From Phaeacidiphilus oryzae TH49 (lineage in GTDB: Bacteria > Actinomycetota > Actinomycetes > Streptomycetales > Streptomycetaceae): DNA of 64,000 bases. The notes under the pieces are model-generated. The model saw nothing but the letters and a program-made list of their open reading frames with translations, did no database searches and was not told where the DNA came from. This document shows positions 36,160-45,604 of this stretch, one piece after another. Position numbers and translations under genes: made by a program. The stretch covers positions 4,729,801 to 4,793,800 of the forward strand of contig NZ_JQMQ01000005.1 of NCBI RefSeq assembly GCF_000744815.1, given 5' to 3'. The first letter of the stretch is position 1. Each line of letters opens with the position of its first letter.

Positions 36160-36267
36160 GGGCGTCGTCGCCTCGGGCGAGCTGGTCGCCGTCGCGTTGA
36201 CGGAAGTAATCATAGCGGACCTTCGCCGGTGCTCCGACCACCGTCGGCCACCGTCCGGCCGCGCGGT

Positions 36268-37077
36268 TCAGCGGCTGGAGGCGGCCGCCGCGGTGCTGGT
36301 GGTCTGGTCGGTCTCGACCAGGCGGCGGACGGCGTCCGCGATCTCGTCCCGGGCGACCAGCAGCTGGAGCCAGATCCGCGGCTCCCGGCCGTCCCAGCCC
36401 GGGTAGAGGCGGGCGCTGAGGCAGCCGGCGGCGGCCAGCGCGGCCAGCCGCCGGTCGTGGACGGAAGCGCCCTGAACAGCGGGCGCGCCGGGGGGCACGC
36501 CGCCCCCGCCGCGGGCCCCGCCGACCGCCCGTACCGCCGCGTCCACCTCGGCCGCCAGCCGCCGGTGGGCGTCCGCCGACTCGGCGTAGTACCCGGTGCG
36601 CGGGAAGAGGCCCAGCACCCGCCGCTGCTCGACCCGCAGCAGCCCCCGCGAGACCAGCGCGTCCAGATACGGCCGGTCCGCGTTTCTGGCCAGCCGGCGC
36701 AGCGCCGCCTGCAGCGGCAGCCCGCGCGGGTTCTCGGCGGCCGCCTCGGCCACCCAGGCCAGCGCCGCGTCAAGGCCCGGCTCCCCGCGCGGTGCCGGCG
36801 AGGCGAGCCCGACCCGTCCGCCGCCGACCCGGACCGACCGGTTCAGCTGCAGCTCCGCCAGTACCGCCCCGGCCAGCGCGTACCGGAAGAACTGCGGCTG
36901 CCGTACCCGCAGGCTGCGCGGGTCGAGGCAGAGGAGCAGCAGCTCCTCGGGCAGCGGGAGCCGGTACGCGGCACGCGAATCGAAGCCGGTTTCTGGGGTC
37001 GTCGCTCCGTCCACCCGACCACGTTCGCACGGCCGAGCGGGCATCCGGCAGGCTCGCGGGGACGACCGGCCGCTCAT
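36268..37077 (-). CDS. GPP34/GOLPH3 family protein
   Basis: LPLPEELLLLCLDPRSLRVRQPQFFRYALAGAVLAELQL matches the GPP34-family N-terminal signature. The longer ORF to 38034 is antisense to the peptidase gene, so the start is taken at ATG 37077; ATG 37044 is an alternative. Confidence 0.7.
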   Translation of the reverse strand: MSGRSSPRACRMPARPCERGRVDGATTPETGFDSRAAYRLPLPEELLLLCLDPRSLRVRQPQFFRYALAGAVLAELQLNRSVRVGGGRVGLASPAPRGEPGLDAALAWVAEAAAENPRGLPLQAALRRLARNADRPYLDALVSRGLLRVEQRRVLGLFPRTGYYAESADAHRRLAAEVDAAVRAVGGARGGGGVPPGAPAVQGASVHDRRLAALAAAGCLSARLYPGWDGREPRIWLQLLVARDEIADAVRRLVETDQTTSTAAAASSR

Positions 37078-37152
37078 GGGGCGGATGTCGGTGCGCCGTG
37101 ATACGTCTGACGGCGTATCGGAACCGACGGTCGCGGCCAGCGGAGGTAGGCG

Positions 37153-38326
37153 ATGGCATCCAGGGCGGGGCGGCTGAACGCGCTGACGGACGTCCCCGGG
37201 CTGAGGGTGGGGCACGCCCAGCGGATCGGGGAGGGCTGGCTCTCCGGCACGACGGTCGTCCTCGCCCCACCCGGCGGCGCGGTCGCCGCGGTGGACGTCC
37301 GCGGCGGCGGTCCGGGCACCCGCGAGACCGACGCCCTCGATCCGCGCAACCTCGTCCAGCGGGTCGAGGCGGTGGTGCTGACCGGCGGCAGCGCCTTCGG
37401 CCTGGCCGCCGCGGACGGGGTGATGGCCTGGCTGGAGGAGCGCGAGCGGGGCTTCCCGGTCGGGCCCGGCCGGGTCGTCCCGGTCGTCCCCGCGGCGGCG
37501 CTCTTCGACCTCGGCCGCGGCGGGGACTGGCGGGCCCGCCCGGGCGCCGCCCTCGGGCGCACGGCGGCCGAGGCCGCCTGGGCGGCGGGGGAGGGGGTGC
37601 CGGTGCCGCAGGGCGCGGTCGGCGCGGGCACCGGCGCGCACACCGAGGGCGGGCTCAAGGGCGGGATAGGCACGGCGAGCGCGGTGGTCCCGCTGCCGGC
37701 CGCCGAGGGGCGGGAGGCGTGCGAGGTGACCGTCGCCGCCCTGGTCGCGCTGAACGCGGCCGGCTCCCCGGTGGACCCGGCCACCGGGCTGCCGTACGGA
37801 GCCTTCGCGGAGGTGGAGGGCGAGTTCGGCCGGCTGGGCGGGCTGGCCGGCGCGGAGGCGCGCGGCCCGCTGCCGGAGGCGGTACGCCGGCGGGCGGCCG
37901 AGCGGCTGGCGGAGGCGGCGGGCGCCCCGGCCCCGGCAGCCCGGCCTCCGGCAGCCCGGCCCCGGCGGCACGGCCTCCGGCGGCACGGCGGCCGCCGCCC
38001 AGCCGCTCAACACCACCCTCGCCGTCGTCGCCACCGACGCCGAGCTGACCCGCCCTCAACTCCACAAGCTGGCCGGCACCGCCCATGACGGCCTGGCCCG
38101 CGCGGTCCGCCCGGTGCATCTCCTCAACGACGGGGACACCGTCTTCACCCTCGGCACCGGCACCGGCACCGCCCCGGCGCCGGCCGACGCCCTCGCGGTG
38201 AACGCGATCCTCGCCGCCGGCGCGGACGCGGTCACCCGCGCGGTGGTGCACGCCGTGTTGAGCGCGGAGTCGGTCCGCACCCCGGCCCGCTCCTTCCCCT
38301 GCTACCGCGAGCTGTACCTGGAGTGA
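37153..38326 (+). CDS. P1 family peptidase (DmpA/S58-type aminopeptidase) with an apparent frameshift inside a short tandem repeat at about 37930-37990
   Basis: N-terminal 260 aa or so (NALTDVPGLRVGHAQR...VDVRGGGPGTRETDAL...VLTGGSAFGLAAADGVMAWLEE) read in frame 1. The conserved C-terminal region (NTTLAVVATDAELTRPQLHKLAGTAHDGLARAVRPVHLLNDGDTVFTLGTG) reads in frame 2 (ORF 38114-38326). The join lies within ccggcagcccggcct ccggcagcccggccc cggcggcacggcct ccggcggcacggcggcc. Confidence 0.7.
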
Positions 38327-38454
38327 GCCTCCGCACCCGGCGGCGGGAACATCTGCTCGGGGCGCGCTGTTGACGCGGGTCGGACCATCCAGGTCAGACC
38401 CGTCCAGGGCAGACCTCAGAACCACCTGCGCAGCCGAATGAGGAGAGCAGCCCG

Positions 38455-39549
38455 GTGAGCAACAGCAGCGCCGACCCCGAGACCCCCCTCTCGATCCTCG
38501 ATCTGGCCACCGTCGGCGAGGGATACACCCCCACCGAGGCGCTCGCCGCCACCACCCGGCTCGCGCAGGACGCCGAGCGCTGGGGGTACCACCGCTTCTG
38601 GGTGGCCGAGCACCACGGGATGCCCGGGGTGGCCAGCTCCAGCCCGGCCGTCCTCCTCGCCCACCTCGGCGCCGCCACCAGTACCATCCGGCTCGGCAGC
38701 GGCGGCGTCATGCTGCCCAACCACGCCCCCCTCGTGGTCGCCGAGCAGTTCGGCCTGCTGCACGCGCTGCATCCGGGGCGAATCGACCTGGGTCTGGGCC
38801 GCGCCCCCGGCACCGACCCGGCGACCGCCGCCGCCCTCCGCCGGAACACCGGCGACCCGCACGCCGACGACTTCCCGCAGCAGCTCGCCGAGCTGACCCA
38901 CTTCCTGGACGCCGACTTCCCGCCCGGCCACCCGTACGCCCGGCTGAAGTCGGTGCCCGGCGAGGCCAGCGCGCCGGGCACCGGGCGGCCGCCGATCTGG
39001 CTGCTCGGCTCCTCCGGCTTCAGCGCCCAGCTGGCCGGCCGGCTCGGCCTGCCGTTCGCCTTCGCCCACCACTTCAGCGCGCAGAACACCGTCCCGGCGC
39101 TGGACCTCTACCGGCAGACCTTCCGCCCCTCCGAGGTGCTGGAGAAGCCGTACGCGCTGATCGGCGTGGGCGCGATCGCCGCCGACGACGAGAAGCAGGC
39201 CCGCCGGCTGGCGCTCTCCGGAGCGCTCAACATGCTGCGGCTGCGCCGGGGCGCCCCGGGCCTGGTGCCCACCCCGGAGGAGGCGGAGGCCTATCCGTAC
39301 TCCGAGCTGGAGCGGGACTTCATCGACTCCTGGCTCGCGAACGTGGTCCTCGGCGACCGCGACCAGGTCCGCCAGGGCCTGGCCGCGCTGCGCGAGCGCA
39401 CCGGCGCCGACGAGCTGATGATCACCAGCAATGTCCACGGCCACGCGGCCCGCAACCGCTCCTACCGGCTGATCGCCGAGGCCCACGGCCTGGTCGAGCC
39501 GAGCGAGCCGAGCGAGTCGGGCGAGCCGGAGGCGCCCGGCGGGGCCTGA
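38455..39549 (+). CDS. LLM-class flavin-dependent oxidoreductase (luciferase-like monooxygenase, MsnO8-like)
   Basis: LSILDLATV...[29 protein letters not shown] is characteristic of the luciferase-like TIM-barrel family. RBS GAGGAGAG precedes the GTG. Confidence 0.85.
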   Translation: MSNSSADPETPLSILDLATVGEGYTPTEALAATTRLAQDAERWGYHRFWVAEHHGMPGVASSSPAVLLAHLGAATSTIRLGSGGVMLPNHAPLVVAEQFGLLHALHPGRIDLGLGRAPGTDPATAAALRRNTGDPHADDFPQQLAELTHFLDADFPPGHPYARLKSVPGEASAPGTGRPPIWLLGSSGFSAQLAGRLGLPFAFAHHFSAQNTVPALDLYRQTFRPSEVLEKPYALIGVGAIAADDEKQARRLALSGALNMLRLRRGAPGLVPTPEEAEAYPYSELERDFIDSWLANVVLGDRDQVRQGLAALRERTGADELMITSNVHGHAARNRSYRLIAEAHGLVEPSEPSESGEPEAPGGA

Positions 39550-39570
39550 CCCGGCCAGAGCCCCGACCTC

Positions 39571-39597
39571 CGCCACGACGCCACGACGCCACGACGC
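39571..39597. repeat. Tandem 9-bp repeat (CGCCACGAC x3) immediately upstream of the ACC-deaminase-family gene start
   Basis: cgccacgac gccacgacg ccacgacgcc ATG; there is no canonical SD between the repeat and the ATG at 39599. Confidence 0.7.
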
Positions 39598-39598
39598 C

Positions 39599-40558
39599 AT
39601 GACACTCCATCAGGACCCGCCCCCGGACCCGGACCCCGCCCCGCGCTTCGCCCTGGACGAGCCCCTAGCCCCCACTCCGCTCCAGGAGCTGGTGGACGAG
39701 CGGCTGCGCCGGGCCGGCGTCCGGCTGCTGCTCAAGCGGGACGACCTGATCGACCCGGGCGTCCCCGGCTCCGGCACCAAGTGGCGCAAGCTGCTGCCGA
39801 ACGCCCGGGCCGCCCGCTCCGCCGGCCACGACACCCTGCTGACCTTCGGCGGCGCCTACTCGCACCATCTGCGGGCGACCGCCGCGGCCGGCCGCCGCTT
39901 CGGCCTGCGCACGGTCGGCGTGGTCCGCGGCGAGGAGCTGCGCGACCGCCCGCTCAACCCCGGCCTGGCCCGGGCCGCCGCCTATGGGATGCGGCTGGAC
40001 TTCATGGACCGGGTGACCTGGCGGCTGCGCGACACCCCCCGGGTGCTGGAGGAGCTCCACGAGCGGCACGGCCCGGCGTACGTCCTCCCCGAGGGGGGCT
40101 CCAACGCCCTCGGCGTACGCGGCTGCCGGACGGTGACGGAGGAGCTCAACTCCCAGGCGCCGGAGGTCGATGTGATCTGCTGCTCGGTCGGCACCGGCGG
40201 GATGCTGGCCGGACTGGCCGCGGGCCTGCGCCCGGGGCAGCGCGCGCTGGGCTTCGCCGCGCTCAAGCCCGGACCCTCGCTGGACCTGGACGCCGAGACG
40301 GCGGCCCTCCAGCGGCTGGCCTTCGGCGCCCGCCGCGGCTCCTGGTACATCGACCACCGCTACCATTTCGGCGGCTACGGCCGCAGCACCCCCGAGCTCA
40401 AGGCCTTCGCCGCCGGGGTGGCCGACCGCCAGGACGGCGAGGCCGCCCTCGACCTCGACCTCACCTATGAGGCCAAGGCCCTCTACGGCCTTCTCGACCT
40501 GGTCGAACGCGGGGCGTTCCGCCGTGGGACGACCCTCGCGCTGATCATCGCCGGCTGA
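39599..40558 (+). CDS. PLP-dependent 1-aminocyclopropane-1-carboxylate deaminase/D-cysteine desulfhydrase family protein
   Basis: LLLKRDDLIDPGVPGSGTKWRKL (PLP-lysine region), the Gly-rich loop VGTGGMLAGL and the C-terminal YEAKALYGLLDL are typical of the ACCD/DcyD family. Confidence 0.8.
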   Translation: MTLHQDPPPDPDPAPRFALDEPLAPTPLQELVDERLRRAGVRLLLKRDDLIDPGVPGSGTKWRKLLPNARAARSAGHDTLLTFGGAYSHHLRATAAAGRRFGLRTVGVVRGEELRDRPLNPGLARAAAYGMRLDFMDRVTWRLRDTPRVLEELHERHGPAYVLPEGGSNALGVRGCRTVTEELNSQAPEVDVICCSVGTGGMLAGLAAGLRPGQRALGFAALKPGPSLDLDAETAALQRLAFGARRGSWYIDHRYHFGGYGRSTPELKAFAAGVADRQDGEAALDLDLTYEAKALYGLLDLVERGAFRRGTTLALIIAG

Positions 40559-40677
40559 GCCGGCGTCAGTTCCCTTTCCGCTGAAGGAAACTGGTCCAGA
40601 CCATACCCTTGACTGCGCTCGGCCACAGGACTAGACCATAGGCACCAAGTCTCCGTCTTCCCCCACAAGGAGATCCG

Positions 40678-41973
40678 GTGCCAACAGAAAACGGCAGACA
40701 CCGAACCCCCGCTAGCCGCCGGGCCCGCGGCCTCTTCGCCGGCCTCGCCACCGCCGCGCTCGCCGCCACCGGCCTGTTCGCCGCGGCCCAGTCCGGCAAC
40801 GCGGCCCCCGCGACCGCCCCCGCCGCGGCCACCAGCGCCGCCCTCGGCAGCAACTGGTACGCCGCGGCCCCGTACCTGATGCCGCTCGACAACAACCCGC
40901 CCAACCCCGTCGACGTGATGAACGCCAGCGGGATCAAGGCCTTCCAGCTCGCCTTCATCCTGGCCGACGGCAGCTCCTGCGCGCCGGCCTGGGACGGCAC
41001 CGCCGCGGTCTCCTCGGACTCCGCGGTGGCGAGCACGATCAGCTCGATACGGGCGGCCGGCGGCGACGTCTCGGTCTCCATCGGCGGCTACAACGGCACC
41101 AAGCTGGGCCAGGTCTGCGGCACCCCGGCCGCCACCGCCGCCGCGTACCAGCAGGTGATCGACAAGTACGGGCTGCACGCCATGGACTTCGACCTGGAGG
41201 AGCCGGAGTACGAGAACAGCTCCGCGATCGCCAACGAGATCGGCGCCGCGCAGATCCTCCAGAAGAACAACCCGGGCCTGTACATCTCGGTGACCACCGC
41301 CGGTACCTCGGCCGGCACCGGCTGGTTCGGCCAGCAGATGCTCAACCAGGCCAAGACCGACGGCTTCGTTCCGGACAACTTCTCCATCATGCCGTTCGAC
41401 GGCGGCTTCAACGGCGCGGCCTCGCAGATCAGCGCCCTCCAGGCGTTCAACGGGCTGCTCCAGTCGACCTTCGGCTGGGACTCCGCGACCGCCTACGCCC
41501 ACGAGGGCGTGTCGATGATGAACGGCCGCAGCGACAGCGGCGAGTTCTTCTACCAGTCCGACTTCCAGTCGGTGCTGAACTTCGCCGAGAGCAACCACAT
41601 GGCCAGGTACACCTTCTGGTCGGTCAACCGCGACCGCGAGTGCAGCCCGCCGGACAACAACGGCACCACCTCCGGCACCTGCTCCAGCGTGACCCAGAAC
41701 GCCTGGGACTTCACCAAGTACGACACCCAGTTCGCCGGGGCGACCCCGCCCAGCGGAAGCGGCGGCGGCACCGGCACCCCGACGCCCACCCCGACCCCGA
41801 CCCCCACGCCCACCCAGGGCGGCTGCACCGCCGCGGCCTGGTCCAGCACCACCGCGTACACCGGCGGCCAGCAGGTCAGCTACAACGGCCACACCTGGAC
41901 CGCCAAGTGGTGGACCGAGGCCGACGTCCCCGGCGGAAGCGCCGGAGTCTGGACCGACGACGGCCCCTGCTGA
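40678..41973 (+). CDS. Secreted GH18 chitinase with C-terminal CBM5/12 chitin-binding domain
   Basis: Signal peptide (RRARGLFAGLATAALAATGLFAAAQSGNA); GH18 catalytic motif MDFDLEEPEY (DxDxE) and SIGGYNG; Thr/Pro linker (TPTPTPTPTPTPT); CBM5/12 (AWSSTTAYTGGQQVSYNGHTWTAKWWT). AAGGAG RBS. Confidence 0.85.
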   Translation: MPTENGRHRTPASRRARGLFAGLATAALAATGLFAAAQSGNAAPATAPAAATSAALGSNWYAAAPYLMPLDNNPPNPVDVMNASGIKAFQLAFILADGSSCAPAWDGTAAVSSDSAVASTISSIRAAGGDVSVSIGGYNGTKLGQVCGTPAATAAAYQQVIDKYGLHAMDFDLEEPEYENSSAIANEIGAAQILQKNNPGLYISVTTAGTSAGTGWFGQQMLNQAKTDGFVPDNFSIMPFDGGFNGAASQISALQAFNGLLQSTFGWDSATAYAHEGVSMMNGRSDSGEFFYQSDFQSVLNFAESNHMARYTFWSVNRDRECSPPDNNGTTSGTCSSVTQNAWDFTKYDTQFAGATPPSGSGGGTGTPTPTPTPTPTPTQGGCTAAAWSSTTAYTGGQQVSYNGHTWTAKWWTEADVPGGSAGVWTDDGPC

Positions 41974-42160
41974 GCCGGCCCGCCGGCCCGGCGCAGGCCC
42001 TTAGGGTCCAGCAAGGGGCAAGGGGCAAGGGGCCCGGGGAGCTGCATCGCCCGCCCACGGCGCCGCCGCCCTCGGCAAAGGTCACCGGGTCGCGACCCGA
42101 GGTCCGTCGCCGAGTGCGGCAGCCCGTGCCGCTGGGCGCGCGGCTCCCCCGGCCCCTCAT

Positions 42161-42203
42161 GAGCCCTTCGGGCTCAGCGGGGCCGCTGCGGGCCGGCGGC
42201 CCC
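42161..42203. terminator. Two consecutive GC-rich hairpins between convergent chitinase and GGDEF-EAL genes (candidate bidirectional terminator)
   Basis: gagccc-ttcg-gggctc (42161-42175) and ggggccg-ctgcgggc-cggcccc (42179-42203), the second abutting the minus-strand stop codon. No U-tract, as is common in high-GC actinobacteria. Confidence 0.35.
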
Positions 42204-44024
42204 TCAGCCGCCGTGCCGGCGCTGCGCGACCAGTTCGGCCACCGCCTCCGCCGGGCCCGGGCGGGCGAAATGCCAGCCCTGGGCGACGTCGCAGCCTGTC
42301 TCGCGCAGCCGCTGCGCCTGCTCGGGGCCCTCGACGCCCTCGGCGGTGACGCTCAGCCCCAGTACGTGGGCCAGCCGGACCAGCGCGCTGACGATCTCGG
42401 CGTCGACCTCCTGGCGTCCGGCCGGCGCCCCCGGACCGGCGGCCGCCTTGCCGCCGGCTCCGAACCCGGAGACGAAGGACGAGTCCAGCTTCAGCGCGTG
42501 CACCGGCAGCCGGCTGAGGTAGGAGAGGTTGGAGTACCCGGTACCGAAGTCGTCGATGGCGATCCTGATCCCCATCGCGGAGAGCGCGTGGAGCGCCTCC
42601 ACCGGCCGCCCGGCGGGGCCCAGCACGGCGCTCTCGGTGAGCTCCAGTTGCAGCAGCCGGGCCGGGAAGCCGGTCCGCTTGAGCACCTCGGCGACGTCCG
42701 CGACCACGTCCGAGTCCCAGATCTGCCGCGCCGCCAGGTTGACCGAGACGAACAGCTCCGCCTCCGGGAACTCCCGCATCCAGCGCCGCCCCTGACGGCA
42801 CGACTCCTCCAGCACCCACATCCCCAGCGGGACGATGGCCCCGGTCTCCTCGGCGATGTCGATGAACCGGTCCGGGGAGAGCCGCCCGAACTGCGGGTGG
42901 GCCCAGCGCACCAGCGACTCGACGCCCACCGCCGCGCCGTCCGCGAGCCGCACCAGCGGCTGGTAGTCGAGGACGAACTCACCGCGGTCCAGCGCCGGCC
43001 GCATCGTGGTGGCCAGCACCTGCCGGGTGAGCTGGTCCGCGTGCCGCTCCGGGTCGAAGAGCGCCCAGCGGCCCCGGCCCTCCCGCTTGGCCCAGTGGAG
43101 GGTCGCGTCCGCGTCCGTGACCAGCTCGGACGGGTCGGTACCGGCGACGGCCCGCTCCACCACCCCGACGCTGGCCGAGGCGCTGACCCGTCGGCCGTCC
43201 AACTCGTAGTCGGTGTCGAGCAGTTCGAGCAGTTCGGTGGCGAGGGCGGTGAGCTCCTGCGGGCCGGCGCTGCGCGGGACGACGACCGCGAACTCGTCCC
43301 CGCCGGTCCTGGCCACCAGGTGGCCGCGCGGGGTGAAGCGCTCGGTGAGCCGCCGTGCCACCGCGCTGAGCAGCTGGTCGCCGACCAGATGGCCGAGGGT
43401 GTCGTTGACCGCGTGGAAGCCGTCCAGGTCGAGGTAGCACAGGCCGATCCGGCTGCCGGGGCCGGCGGCGGCGAACGCCTCGCCGAGCCGGTCGAAGAAG
43501 AGCGAACGGTTCGGCAGCCTGGTCAGCGGGTCGTGCTTGGCCTGGTAGTGCAGCCGGGCGCCGAGCCGGCGCCGATGGGAGACGTCCTCCACCATCGCCA
43601 GGGTGTAGCCGGGGGACCCGTCGGCGGGGTGCACCAGGGTCAGGGTGATCTGGGTCCACACCGGGTGCCCGGCGCGGTGGTCGAGCCTCCGCTCCAGCCG
43701 GACCCGCTCCCGCCCGCTCGCGGCCAGTGCGCTGTGCAGGGGGCCTGACGGCCCGTCAGGGTGCAGCAGCCGCTGCACCCGCGTCCCGGTGAGCTCGGCC
43801 GGCTCGTAGCCGAGCATCCGGGCGAGCGCGGGGTTGGCCTCCAGCAGGACGTCCTCGGCGGAGATCACGGCCATGCCGATCCCGGCGTGCTGGAAGGCGG
43901 CCCGGAAGCGGGCATCGGCGCCCTCCGCGGCCGCCGGTGCCGCCGGCTGCTCGCCGCAGCAGGGGCACGGGTCGGCCACGGCGAGGCTTCGGGCGCTTTC
44001 GGCGCCTCCTGTGGGGCCGGGCAC
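42204..44024 (-). CDS. PAS-GGDEF-EAL domain protein (c-di-GMP diguanylate cyclase/phosphodiesterase)
   Basis: PAS (AFQHAGIGMAVISAEDVLLEANPALARMLGY), GGDEF domain (RTGGDEFAVVV) and EAL domain (QPLVRL...ELTES...DDFGTGYS, LKLD). Confidence 0.85.
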   Translation of the reverse strand: MPGPTGGAESARSLAVADPCPCCGEQPAAPAAAEGADARFRAAFQHAGIGMAVISAEDVLLEANPALARMLGYEPAELTGTRVQRLLHPDGPSGPLHSALAASGRERVRLERRLDHRAGHPVWTQITLTLVHPADGSPGYTLAMVEDVSHRRRLGARLHYQAKHDPLTRLPNRSLFFDRLGEAFAAAGPGSRIGLCYLDLDGFHAVNDTLGHLVGDQLLSAVARRLTERFTPRGHLVARTGGDEFAVVVPRSAGPQELTALATELLELLDTDYELDGRRVSASASVGVVERAVAGTDPSELVTDADATLHWAKREGRGRWALFDPERHADQLTRQVLATTMRPALDRGEFVLDYQPLVRLADGAAVGVESLVRWAHPQFGRLSPDRFIDIAEETGAIVPLGMWVLEESCRQGRRWMREFPEAELFVSVNLAARQIWDSDVVADVAEVLKRTGFPARLLQLELTESAVLGPAGRPVEALHALSAMGIRIAIDDFGTGYSNLSYLSRLPVHALKLDSSFVSGFGAGGKAAAGPGAPAGRQEVDAEIVSALVRLAHVLGLSVTAEGVEGPEQAQRLRETGCDVAQGWHFARPGPAEAVAELVAQRRHGG

Positions 44025-44179
44025 GACGCGATCATAGAGGCGGCCCGGAACGGCCCACCACCGCCGACCGAGCGATTCCCCCGCTCCGGTGGCCGCCCCC
44101 CGGTCCTCCGGCGGGCGCCCGAACAGGCGTACGCCCGGCCCGCGCGCCTGCGCCCGGGCCGGGCGTACCGGCGAACCGC

Positions 44180-44608
44180 TCAGGCCAGCGAGGCGTCCAG
44201 GGCGACCTCGACATTGCCCTTCATCAGCTGGCTGACCGGGCAGTTCGCCTTGGCGTCCTGCGCCGCCTCGGTGAACCCGGCGGCGTCCAGCCCCGGCACC
44301 TCGCCGCGCACGGTGAGCTTCACCGCGGTGATCCCCGTGCCCGGCTGGAAGGTCACCTCGGCCTGGGTGTCCAGCCGCGTCGGCGGATGCCCCGCCTGGG
44401 TGAGCCCGTGCGAGAGCGCCATCGAGAAGCAGCTCGAATGCGCGGCCGCGATCAGCTCCTCCGGACTAGTCTGCCCGTTCGGCTGCTCCGCCCGGGAAGG
44501 CCAGGAGACCTGGTAGTCCCCGATCCCGGAGGAGGCGAAGGTGACGGTACCCTTCCCGTCCTGCAGCCCGCCCTCCCAGGCGGTACGGGCGACACGCGTC
44601 GTGGCCAT
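44180..44608 (-). CDS. OsmC family peroxiredoxin
   Basis: 142 aa; the two conserved Cys regions (ELIAAAHSSCFSMAL and AKANCPVSQL) typical of OsmC. GAGGGAGAGG RBS precedes the ATG at 44608. Confidence 0.85.
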   Translation of the reverse strand: MATTRVARTAWEGGLQDGKGTVTFASSGIGDYQVSWPSRAEQPNGQTSPEELIAAAHSSCFSMALSHGLTQAGHPPTRLDTQAEVTFQPGTGITAVKLTVRGEVPGLDAAGFTEAAQDAKANCPVSQLMKGNVEVALDASLA

Positions 44609-44667
44609 GGCGATGACCTCTCCCTCTCTGATCCTGTGTCCTGTGTCCTGTATTCGAACGACTGTAC

Positions 44668-45465
44668 TCAGCCGGGCAGTTGGCAGATCTGCAGATGCGC
44701 GCCGAAGGGGTCGAGGATGGCGCACATCCGACCGTAGGGGGAGTCCTCGGGACCGTGGACGATCTTCCCCCCGCCGTTCGCCACGATCCGCGCCGCCGCG
44801 TCCGCGTCCTGGACCGTGAAGAAGGCGTCCCAGGAGGGCCGCCCGCCGGGCAGCTGCTCGGCGGGCACCCGCCAGCGCCCGGCGACCTGCGCGGGCTCGC
44901 CCTCCGGGATCCCGGCGGCCTGCCACACGGCGTAGTCGAAGTTCGAGCCGTCACCGAGCTGGTCCACGCCCGCGTAGCCGAAGACCTCGCGGTAGAAGGC
45001 GTCCACGTCGGAGCCGCCGGTGGTGGCCAGCTGGTTCCAGCACATCGCGCCCGGCTCGGCCCACAGCTTGGACCCGATGTGCCCGGCCGCCTGCCACAGG
45101 CCGAACGAGCCGCCGGCCGGGTCGACCGCGAAGGCCATCGTCCCCGCGCCGGGCACCTCCTGGGCGGCCAGCGCCACCTGGCCGCCGGCGGCCGCCACCC
45201 TCTCCAGCGCGCCGCCGATGTCCGAGGTGGCGAGGTAGACGTTCCACTCCGGCGACATCCCCTCCATCTCCGGAGTCGGGGCCATCATGGCGGCGACCGG
45301 CTGCCCCTTCACGAGGCACATCGTGTAGTGCCCCATCTCCTCTCCGAGGTCCTGGAACTCCCAGCCCAGGACGGCGGAGTAGAAGCGCTGGGCGCCCTCC
45401 GGGTCCGGGGTGAGGATGTCCGCCCAGCAGGGCGCTCCCTCGGCGTACGAACTGCGTTCCGGCAT
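44668..45465 (-). CDS. VOC (glyoxalase/bleomycin-resistance) family protein, two tandem VOC domains
   Basis: PCWADILTPDPEGAQRFYSAVLGWEF and MCWNQLATTGGSDVDAFYREVFGY half-domains. GGGAGGA RBS precedes the ATG at 45465. Confidence 0.8.
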   Translation of the reverse strand: MPERSSYAEGAPCWADILTPDPEGAQRFYSAVLGWEFQDLGEEMGHYTMCLVKGQPVAAMMAPTPEMEGMSPEWNVYLATSDIGGALERVAAAGGQVALAAQEVPGAGTMAFAVDPAGGSFGLWQAAGHIGSKLWAEPGAMCWNQLATTGGSDVDAFYREVFGYAGVDQLGDGSNFDYAVWQAAGIPEGEPAQVAGRWRVPAEQLPGGRPSWDAFFTVQDADAAARIVANGGGKIVHGPEDSPYGRMCAILDPFGAHLQICQLPG

Positions 45466-45604
45466 CGGGTCCTCCCGTGGTCGGCCGGTGCACCGGCGGC
45501 CCGGCGCACCCAGGCTTCCCCCGACCGCCCGCCCCCGCAACCACCGCGCCGCGTGTCGCAGCCCGCCGTACGGCGACTGGCCCAGCAGGCTCGGCGGGCG
45601 GCCG

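Noticed and set aside
36268-38034. 588-aa minus ORF suggesting a large GPP34 protein
   Set aside because: Its N-terminal half is antisense to the well-supported P1 peptidase gene and is low-complexity; only the C-terminal 269 aa match the GPP34 family.
41640-43748. 702-aa plus ORF across the chitinase 3' end and the GGDEF-EAL gene
   Set aside because: Antisense to the well-supported PAS-GGDEF-EAL gene; Arg/Gly-rich translation.
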